NCBI RefSeq assembly: GCF_041562875.1 | Contig: NZ_JBFFOE010000005.1 | Span: 454-64,453 of the forward strand | From: Lutibacter sp. | GTDB taxonomy: Bacteria; Bacteroidota; Bacteroidia; Flavobacteriales; Flavobacteriaceae | Direction of reading: 5' to 3' | DNA: 64,000 nt | Shown: positions 19,649-26,961 of the stretch, piece after piece | How positions within the stretch are numbered: position 1 is the stretch's first letter | Layout of the letters: each line of letters begins with the position of its first letter | The notes under the pieces: generated by a model | Told to the model about the DNA's origin: nothing | The model's input: only the letters and a program-made list of their open reading frames with translations | Databases searched by the model: none | Made by a program: the position numbers and the translations under genes

Positions 19649-19883
19649 AATAATAAATTTTAAAATGTTAATACTCATTAAAATAATATTTCATATAAAT
19701 TTACAAGGGAAGGAACTACATTTTAAGAAATCCATTATTTAAAATAATGAGCGACTTAAAAAAAAGCTCTATAAATTTATAAAATGGGATGAAAAAACAA
19801 TTTTTTGAGGTTTAAACTGTGGAGTGAATTTAATTTTAAAGGATCCTAAAACTATAATAAGAATACACCTATAATTTCTAATA

Positions 19884-19938
19884 CTAATATACATATTAAT
19901 TTATCTTTTTAAAAGTATTCTTTTATTTTTTTTGCATA
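19884..19938 (-). promoter_or_regulatory. Curlin 2 promoter: TATATTAG plus TTTGCATA
   Basis: Homologous to the curlin 1 and 3 promoters, with the same spacing. Confidence 0.6.
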
Positions 19939-20033
19939 AAGCACACTTTTATAAACAATTGGAAACAAATGCATTCTTTTTAACACATTATGAAATGCCA
20001 CCTTATTGCAACATAATTGTTTAATCTTAAATA

Positions 20034-20063
20034 AAAAAAAGGGGGAATTACCCCCCTTTTTTT
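20034..20063 (-). terminator. Intrinsic terminator after curlin 3
   Basis: A-tract-GGGGG-aatta-CCCCC-T-tract. Confidence 0.85.
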
Positions 20064-20105
20064 GTTAAATTTTATATAATTTAATTCGGATTTCAATTAA
20101 TTATC

Positions 20106-21434
20106 TTAATGTCCACCTTCACCTCCACAGTTTCCACTTCCATCTCCTCCACCTCCGTGTTGACTTACATTAGAAGTTATTCCTGATCCATTATGAAAAA
20201 CATTACTTGTGTTTCCCATTCCTCGTTGAGTAACTTCAGAAGTATTATAGGAACCTAACTGCATTGTGTAACTTACGTTAAATTTACCGTGTTGTTCAGT
20301 TGTAGCTGTATTATTATTTCCAAACTGATTTGTTATGCTCAATCCACCATGACCATGTTGTTCTGTATTAGCAATATTATCATTACCAAATTGGTATTCC
20401 CAAGAATCATTTGAATTACCCGTTTGGAAAGTTGTTTGATCATTATCATTACCTATTTGAAGAACAAAACTTTCATTTGTTTTACTATCTTGTGTAGTTG
20501 AAGAGCTGTTGCCTTCACCAAATTGAGTTGTTGTACTAAAACTACCATTACCAGCTTGTTTTGTAAATGCCGTATTTCCATCTCCAACTTGCAACGTATA
20601 ACTTAAAACATTATGCCCTTCTTGTTCTGTAGTAGAAGTATTTCTTTCTCCAAATTGAGCTGTATAAGCATCATTTCCATTTCCTTTTTGGTCTGTAGTT
20701 TGTGTATTTCTGTATCCATCTTGGTAAACATAACTTTCATGAGCTTCAGTTACCTCACCTTCCTCAGCTGTCATTAGCTCTGGCTCATCGCTTCCACCTT
20801 CTTCTCCACCGCCTTTTTGAGATGTTGTAGATTTATTCACATACCCATTTTGATATTCATAAGCTTCATGATTTGTTCCTCTTTGGTCTACATCAGACAT
20901 GTTTCCACTTCCAAATTGATGTTGTAATGTATAATTTGATTTTCCGTGTTGTTCAGCAATAGCACTATTTTTAGTTATTCCCCAATTAGAAGCTTTTTGA
21001 ACTTGAACTGTTCTGTTTTCAGATCCTTTTTGAATTATACTTGCACTATTACCTCCCCAAGAATACCAATTTGCACCTGATTGATTTTGGATTGCTTCAT
21101 TTGCATGTCCATCTTGATCTATGCTACCAATATTATAAAAATCACGTTGTGTTTGACGTGCATAATTTCCATTAGCAACTTGCTTAATTTCCGCTGTACT
21201 CCAATGAGACCCAACCTGATCAACATTTGCTTCATTTAAATGCCCCTTTTGATCTACATTAGCAGTATTGAACCATCCAAATTGATCAATGTCAGAATCA
21301 TTTGTGTTTCCACGTTGTTCTACTGTTGAAGCATTATTTTTCCCTTGTGAATTTACATCACTGGTATTTGATTGTGCATAAATTAATGATGTTGCCATCA
21401 TTGTTATTACTAAAATAGATAATAATTTTTTCAT
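20106..21434 (-). CDS. csgA: Major curlin (CsgA-like) paralogue 3, 442 aa, charged and His-rich
   Basis: Signal peptide, about 17 curlin repeats (e.g. QxGxxNxSxxxQ), an acidic insertion and a Gly-rich tail. Confidence 0.88.
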   Translation of the reverse strand: MKKLLSILVITMMATSLIYAQSNTSDVNSQGKNNASTVEQRGNTNDSDIDQFGWFNTANVDQKGHLNEANVDQVGSHWSTAEIKQVANGNYARQTQRDFYNIGSIDQDGHANEAIQNQSGANWYSWGGNSASIIQKGSENRTVQVQKASNWGITKNSAIAEQHGKSNYTLQHQFGSGNMSDVDQRGTNHEAYEYQNGYVNKSTTSQKGGGEEGGSDEPELMTAEEGEVTEAHESYVYQDGYRNTQTTDQKGNGNDAYTAQFGERNTSTTEQEGHNVLSYTLQVGDGNTAFTKQAGNGSFSTTTQFGEGNSSSTTQDSKTNESFVLQIGNDNDQTTFQTGNSNDSWEYQFGNDNIANTEQHGHGGLSITNQFGNNNTATTEQHGKFNVSYTMQLGSYNTSEVTQRGMGNTSNVFHNGSGITSNVSQHGGGGDGSGNCGGEGGH

Positions 21435-21676
21435 AATAATAAAATTTAAATGTTAATACTAATTAAAATAATATTCCATATAAATTTATAGGGAAAATAA
21501 CTACATTTTAAGAAAGCTATTAGTTAACACATAACAATATGATAACTTTAAGCAACTTTAAAAAAGCGCTATAAACTTATAAAATGGGGATAAACAATTT
21601 TGTGAGGTTTAAACTGTGGAGTTATTTTAATCAAGAGATTAGAAATTATAAACGTATACATTTATAATTTCTAGTA

Positions 21677-21731
21677 CTAAGATAAATACTAATTTGTCAT
21701 CTTAAAAGTATTTTTTCTCATAATTTGCAAA
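21677..21731 (-). promoter_or_regulatory. Curlin 3 promoter: TATCTTAG plus TTTGCAAA
   Basis: Homologous to the curlin 1 and 2 promoters, with the same spacing. Confidence 0.6.
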
Positions 21732-21865
21732 AAGCAAGTTTTAATAAATAATTGGAAATAAAGTTATTGTTTATACGTTACTTTAATTACATAACTAATC
21801 ATTTATCAGAATAATTCAACATAAATTATTAAATATTGGATACTTAATTTTATAATTATTTAAAC

Positions 21866-21896
21866 AAAAAAATCCCGCAATATGCGGGATTTTTTT
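21866..21896 (-). terminator. Intrinsic terminator after GSIII
   Basis: AAAAAAATCCCGCA-ata-TGCGGGATTTTTTT. Confidence 0.9.
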
Positions 21897-21918
21897 GTTT
21901 AAATAAAATTTTCTTAGT

Positions 21919-24105
21919 TTATCTTGTAAATAATAACTCTCTATATTTAGTTAATGGCCACAACTCATCATCAATCATCAATTCTAATTTATCACAATGT
22001 AATCTAATCTCATCAAAAAATGGTTTTACTTTAAAGCAATATGCATCAGCCATTGCTTCAATATTTTCTAATTTATTTGCTTTTTTACGCGCATCAATCA
22101 TTTTATCAATTTTGGAATGTATTCCTTCAATATGCTCAGAAATTCTTTTAATTAACAAAATTTGTTCTGCAGCATGTTTTTCAAAATCTGTTCCAAAAAT
22201 TTCTTTTAAGCCCGTAACATTTTTAATTAACAAGTTTTGGTAACGAACCGCTGTTGGAACCACATGATTACCAGCAATATCACCTAAAACACGAGATTCT
22301 ATTTGAATACGCTTTGTATACTCTTCCATTTCAACTTCATAGCGTACCACAGTTTCAACCTTACTCATCACATTCATTTCTTCAAATAAATCAATTGTTT
22401 TTTTAGAAATTTTAGCTTTTAATGCCTCGGGTGTTGTTTTATTATTACTTAAACCTCTTTTCTTTGCTTCTTTTTCCCATTCAATTCCGTAACCATTTCC
22501 TTCAAATAAAATTCTTTTAGATGCTTTTATGTATTCTCTTAGTACATTAAAAACGGCTTCATCTTTCTTTAAATCTTTCGTATCTATTAATTTATCAACT
22601 TCTATTTTAAAATCTTTTAACTGTTTCGCAACTATTGTGTTTAAAACTTTCATTGGTTTTGCACAGTTAGCTGTTGAGCCAACAGCTCTAAATTCAAATT
22701 TATTACCTGTAAACGCAAATGGAGATGTTCTGTTTCTATCTGTATTGTCTAATAACACATCAGGAATTTTACCCACAACGTTTAGTTTAAGGTCTGTTTT
22801 TTCTTCAGGAGAAAGTTTTCCATTTGTTACATTCTCTAGTTCATCTAAAACTTTGGTTAATTGAGCTCCAATAAAAACTGAAATAATTGCTGGTGGTGCT
22901 TCATTAGCTCCTAATCTATGATCATTACTTGCTGATGCTATAACAGCTCTCAACAATTCTTCATTTTCATTAACAGCTTTAATTGTGTTAATAAAGAATG
23001 TCAGAAATTGAAGATTGCTCATTGGAGTTTTTCCTGGTGATAACAAATTAATACCTGTGTCTGTTGATAATGACCAGTTATTATGTTTTCCTGAACCATT
23101 TACACTAGAAAAGGGTTTTTCATGCAGTAGCACTTTAAAATGATGACGTGCAGCAACTTTTCCCATTAAATCCATTAATAATGAATTATGATCTACTGCT
23201 AAATTTGCTTCTTCATAAATAGGTGCCAATTCAAACTGGTTTGGGGCTACCTCATTATGACGTGTTTTTACAGGAATTCCCAACAACATACACTCGGTTT
23301 CCAAATCGCGCATAAAATTCAATGCTCTACCAGGAATTGAACCAAAATAATGATCATCTAACTGTTGCCCTTTTGCAGGCGAATGCCCCAATAATGTTCT
23401 ACCTGTTAACATAATGTCAGGCCTACTTTCGGCTAAAGCTTTATCTATTAAAAAATATTCTTGTTCCCAACCAAGTGACGAAGTTACTTTTTTTACATTT
23501 TTATCGAAATATTTACAAACAGCAGTTGCTGAAGAATCCAAAGCTTGTAAAGCTCTTAACAAAGGTGTTTTATTATCTAAAGCTTCCCCTGTATATGCCA
23601 CAAATATGGTTGGTATACTTAAAGTAGTACCATACACAAATGCCGGTGATGTTGGATCCCAAGCAGTGTAGCCTCTTGCTTCAAACGTATTTCTTATTCC
23701 TCCATTTGGAAAACTTGAAGCATCTGGTTCTTGTTGCACCAATTCATTTCCTCCAAATCTTTCAATAGCCATACCTCCTCCAATAGTTTCAAAAAAAGCA
23801 TCATGTTTTTCTGCAGTTGCTCCAGTTAACGGTTGAAACCAATGTGTATAATGTGTCACTCCTTTAGACATAGCCCATTCTTTCATTGCTGAAGCTACTT
23901 GATTCGCAATTTTTCGATCAATTTTAGTACCATCATCAATAGCGCTCATTACACCTTTAAAGGCATCTTTAGTTAAATATTGGCGCATTGTATTTTCATT
24001 AAACACGTTTTGACCAAATAATTCTGATCTTTTTATACTTTCAATAACTTCAACAGGTTTTCTGTTAGAAGCATCGGTTAAAGCTTGAAATCTTAATCTT
24101 GCCAT
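21919..24105 (-). CDS. glnA: Glutamine synthetase type III
   Basis: 728 aa. Motifs THYTHWFQPLTG, EPDASSFPNGG, RGYTAWD, HNEVAPNQFE, NGSGKHNNWS, RLGANEAPP, DRNRTSPFAFTGNKFEFRA. Confidence 0.96.
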   Translation of the reverse strand: MARLRFQALTDASNRKPVEVIESIKRSELFGQNVFNENTMRQYLTKDAFKGVMSAIDDGTKIDRKIANQVASAMKEWAMSKGVTHYTHWFQPLTGATAEKHDAFFETIGGGMAIERFGGNELVQQEPDASSFPNGGIRNTFEARGYTAWDPTSPAFVYGTTLSIPTIFVAYTGEALDNKTPLLRALQALDSSATAVCKYFDKNVKKVTSSLGWEQEYFLIDKALAESRPDIMLTGRTLLGHSPAKGQQLDDHYFGSIPGRALNFMRDLETECMLLGIPVKTRHNEVAPNQFELAPIYEEANLAVDHNSLLMDLMGKVAARHHFKVLLHEKPFSSVNGSGKHNNWSLSTDTGINLLSPGKTPMSNLQFLTFFINTIKAVNENEELLRAVIASASNDHRLGANEAPPAIISVFIGAQLTKVLDELENVTNGKLSPEEKTDLKLNVVGKIPDVLLDNTDRNRTSPFAFTGNKFEFRAVGSTANCAKPMKVLNTIVAKQLKDFKIEVDKLIDTKDLKKDEAVFNVLREYIKASKRILFEGNGYGIEWEKEAKKRGLSNNKTTPEALKAKISKKTIDLFEEMNVMSKVETVVRYEVEMEEYTKRIQIESRVLGDIAGNHVVPTAVRYQNLLIKNVTGLKEIFGTDFEKHAAEQILLIKRISEHIEGIHSKIDKMIDARKKANKLENIEAMADAYCFKVKPFFDEIRLHCDKLELMIDDELWPLTKYRELLFTR

Positions 24106-24205
24106 ATTCTAAATTTTAAATTGTTCAACAAATATAAACTTTTTAGTAGAATAATTATTATCATTTTTCATTAAATAATTCATTTAAGTTGAATTATTCT
24201 ATATT

Positions 24206-24263
24206 AACCCCAAAAAAAATAGGGTATCCATAAAAATATTGATCTCAATAACATTTACACCCC
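24206..24263. promoter_or_regulatory. CCC-N11-GGG palindrome plus a half-site 52-53 bp away, between the divergent GS genes
   Basis: AACCC-CAAAAAAAATA-GGGTA at 24206-24226 and TTTACACCCC at 24254-24263. Same motif as the array upstream of glnK. Confidence 0.6.
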
Positions 24264-24335
24264 TTATATTTTTATTATATGATGAAAATATTTATTTTTG
24301 TCAAACATTTTGTATTTAATAAAACAAGAATTTAT

Positions 24336-25346
24336 ATGAGCAAATCAAAATTAGAATACATTTGGTTAGATGGGCATCAACCAACTCAAGAATTAAGAAG
24401 TAAAACAAAAGTTGAAAATGACTTTAGTGGAAAATTGGAAGATTGTAGCATTTGGTCTTTTGACGGTTCTTCTACTGAACAAGCTGAAGGTGGTTCTTCT
24501 GACTGTTTACTTAAACCTGTAGCTATTTATCCTGATCCGTCAAGACGCAATGGTTATTTAGTTATGTGTGAAGTATTAAATGCTGATAAAACCCCTCACG
24601 TATCAAATCATCGTGCAACAATTGATGATGATGATAACGATTTTTGGTTTGGTTTTGAGCAAGAATATTTCTTAATGGATTCTAAAACTGATTTACCTTT
24701 AGGTTTCCCACGTGGGGGATTCCCTGGGCCACAAGGGAAATACTATTGTTCAGTTGGAGGTAGATATACTTGGGGTAGAGATTTTGTTGAAGAACATGCA
24801 GACCTATGTATTGATGCTGGACTTAACTTTGAAGGAATTAACCAAGAGGTTGCTCCTGGACAATGGGAATTTCAATGTTTTGCACAAAGCGCTAAAACTG
24901 CCGGTGATGAAATTTGGGTAGCAAGATATTTATTAAATAGATTGTCAGAAAAATACAATTACTATATTGAATTACATCCAAAACCTGTAAAAGGAGACTG
25001 GAACGGTTCTGGTATGCATGCAAACTTTTCAAATACTACTTTAAGAACTTGTGGATCTAAAGAAATTTATAGTAAAATTTGCGAAGCATTTAGACCTTTA
25101 ACAGACGAGCATATTGGCGTTTATGGTGCATATAATGATGAAAGATTAACAGGATTGCATGAAACAGCTCACGTTTCAGATTTCTCTTATGGAGTATCTG
25201 ACAGAGGTGCCTCAATCCGTATTCCTATTATTACTGTTGAAAAAGGATGGAAAGGTTGGTTAGAAGACCGTCGTCCTGCTTCAAATGCTGACCCATATAA
25301 AGTTGCATCAAGAATTATTAGAACTGTTAATTCAGCTAAATTATAA
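24336..25346 (+). CDS. glnII: Glutamine synthetase type II
   Basis: KLEYIWLDG, WSFDGSST, FGFEQEY, GINQEVAPGQWEFQ, DWNGSGMHANFS, RLTGLHET, RGASIRIP, LEDRRPASNADPY. ATG 24336 follows a TATTTTTG box at 24293. Confidence 0.95.
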   Translation: MSKSKLEYIWLDGHQPTQELRSKTKVENDFSGKLEDCSIWSFDGSSTEQAEGGSSDCLLKPVAIYPDPSRRNGYLVMCEVLNADKTPHVSNHRATIDDDDNDFWFGFEQEYFLMDSKTDLPLGFPRGGFPGPQGKYYCSVGGRYTWGRDFVEEHADLCIDAGLNFEGINQEVAPGQWEFQCFAQSAKTAGDEIWVARYLLNRLSEKYNYYIELHPKPVKGDWNGSGMHANFSNTTLRTCGSKEIYSKICEAFRPLTDEHIGVYGAYNDERLTGLHETAHVSDFSYGVSDRGASIRIPIITVEKGWKGWLEDRRPASNADPYKVASRIIRTVNSAKL

Positions 25347-25363
25347 TTTTTACAACTTTTATT

Positions 25364-25401
25364 AAACTAAAAAACACTGCAATTGCAGTGTTTTTTAGTT
25401 T
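25364..25401. terminator. Bidirectional terminator between convergent genes
   Basis: AAACTAAAAAACACTGC-aatt-GCAGTGTTTTTTAGTTT. Confidence 0.9.
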
Positions 25402-25418
25402 AATAAATAAACCTGATT

Positions 25419-26354
25419 TTATTTAAACATTCTTACAATAAAGAACAAATATAAAGCTAACAAAATGAGTCCTTCTTTCCAAGTCAATTTCATTTTAACT
25501 GGTGCAAAAACCAATGGAAATATCAAAAATGAAATTCCTAACATCCAAAAAATATCATTTGATAACAATCCTTGATCTACAACCGTAACATCAGTTATCA
25601 TTGAAGTTACACCTAATACCCCTAAAATATTAAACACATTAGAACCAATTAAATTACCCAAGGAAATTGCCTTTTCTTTTTTAAGTACCGCAATAACAGA
25701 AGCTGCCAATTCCGGAATACTTGTACCTACAGAAACAATTGTAATTCCTATTATTCTTTCACTTACATTAAAGTTTTTTGCCATACCTACAGCTCCATCA
25801 ATTAATAATTCTGACCCTCCCCAAAGTGCAACACCACCAATAACTAAAAACAACACTACTTTATTTAAGGGTAATTCTACATCATCATCAGGCATTTCAT
25901 CTACAACAGCTGTTTTTTGAAATTTCAATAAATAAATTAAAAATATTAGCAGGAAAGAAAACAAAATAATTCCTTCATAACGTTCTAATACACCATCAAA
26001 AGCAATAAAAAAATAAAATAACACTGATGAAATCATCATTACAGGCCAATCTGTTTTATAAAAACTTTTCTCTACACTTATGGTTGAAATTAAAATAGTA
26101 ATTCCTAAAACCAATCCTAAATTGGCAATATTTGAACCTATCACATTTCCAAAAGCAATATCCGCATGACCATCTAATGCCGATTTTATACTTACAATAA
26201 GCTCAGGCGCAGAAGTTGCAAAAGAAACTACTGTCATTCCTATTACTATTTTAGGGATTTTTAAACGAAGTGACAATCCAACTGCTGCTTTCAACAACCA
26301 GTTACCTCCTAATATCAACAACACCAAGCCAATTCCAATAAATAGAATATTCAT
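25419..26354 (-). CDS. Calcium/sodium antiporter (YrbG family)
   Basis: Two alpha repeats (VSFATSAPEL..GNVIGSN; VSVGTSIPEL..GNLIGSN). ATG 26354 is preferred. Confidence 0.92.
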   Translation of the reverse strand: MNILFIGIGLVLLILGGNWLLKAAVGLSLRLKIPKIVIGMTVVSFATSAPELIVSIKSALDGHADIAFGNVIGSNIANLGLVLGITILISTISVEKSFYKTDWPVMMISSVLFYFFIAFDGVLERYEGIILFSFLLIFLIYLLKFQKTAVVDEMPDDDVELPLNKVVLFLVIGGVALWGGSELLIDGAVGMAKNFNVSERIIGITIVSVGTSIPELAASVIAVLKKEKAISLGNLIGSNVFNILGVLGVTSMITDVTVVDQGLLSNDIFWMLGISFLIFPLVFAPVKMKLTWKEGLILLALYLFFIVRMFK

Positions 26355-26440
26355 AAAATATATTTTTGGCAAATATAAAAGAAATAATATTCTATTTACA
26401 ATTCACTTATAATTTAGACAAACTTAAAAATTTGTTAAAT

Positions 26441-26476
26441 AACTACCTTTATAGTTGTGTAACTATAAAAATAGTT
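26441..26476. promoter_or_regulatory. Two tandem BlaI-type operators (AACTA-N6-TAGTT) beside the blaI promoter (-7 box TACGTTTG at 26477-26484)
   Basis: AACTAcctttaTAGTT at 26441-26456 and AACTAtaaaaaTAGTT at 26461-26476. These match the ACTA-N6-TAGT core of BlaI/MecI operators. Confidence 0.65.
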
Positions 26477-26486
26477 TACGTTTGTA

Positions 26487-26580
26487 ATGCGTTAAGGATT
26501 GAAGTGGCATCCTTTTTATTTTTTATTAATAAAAAGATATAACGAAAAGCCTGACGCGAGTGAAACGAAGCGGAACGCAC
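26487..26580 (+). ncRNA. Flavo-1-like structured RNA / repeated element
   Basis: GCGTTAAGGATTGAAGTGGCATCCTTTTT...AAAAAGATATAACGAAAAGCCTGAC resembles my recollection of the Flavo-1 motif and is more GC-rich than its flanks. Not confirmed with a covariance model. Confidence 0.55.
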
Positions 26581-26593
26581 AAATATTTAATAG

Positions 26594-26959
26594 ATGGAAA
26601 AACTAACCAATAAAGAAGAAGAAATAATGCACGTTTTATGGACGCTTACTAAAGCTTTTGTAAAAGAAGTTGTTGCTGAATTACCAATGCCAAAACCACA
26701 TTACAACACAGTTTCAACAGTAATTAGAAAAATGGAGGATAAAGGGTATGTAAAACATGAAGCCTTTGGAAACACACACAGATATTATCCTGCTATATCA
26801 AAAGAAGAATATCGGAAAAATTATTTTTCAAGTGCTACACAAAATTATTTTGAAAATTCCTACAAAAATGTAGTCTCCTTTTTTGCGAAAGAAGAAAAAA
26901 TAAGCGCTGATGAATTACGTGAAATTATTAAACTTATTGAAAGTAAAAACAACCAATAA
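26594..26959 (+). CDS. BlaI/MecI/CopY family repressor
   Basis: LTNKEEEIMHVLW, HYNTVSTVIRKMEDKGYV, YYPAISKEEY, VVSFF. Confidence 0.93.
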   Translation: MEKLTNKEEEIMHVLWTLTKAFVKEVVAELPMPKPHYNTVSTVIRKMEDKGYVKHEAFGNTHRYYPAISKEEYRKNYFSSATQNYFENSYKNVVSFFAKEEKISADELREIIKLIESKNNQ

Positions 26960-26961
26960 TT

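Noticed and set aside
16696-21434. Curlins as T9SS cargo or as products of DNA tandem repeats or a diversity-generating element
   Set aside because: They have no T9SS C-terminal domain, the repeats are degenerate at the DNA level, and no recombinase, reverse transcriptase or template repeat is nearby.
17638-21676. Curlin leaders as known c-di-GMP or c-di-AMP riboswitches
   Set aside because: I find none of the GEMM or ydaO consensus elements. The leaders are kept as a candidate new motif instead.
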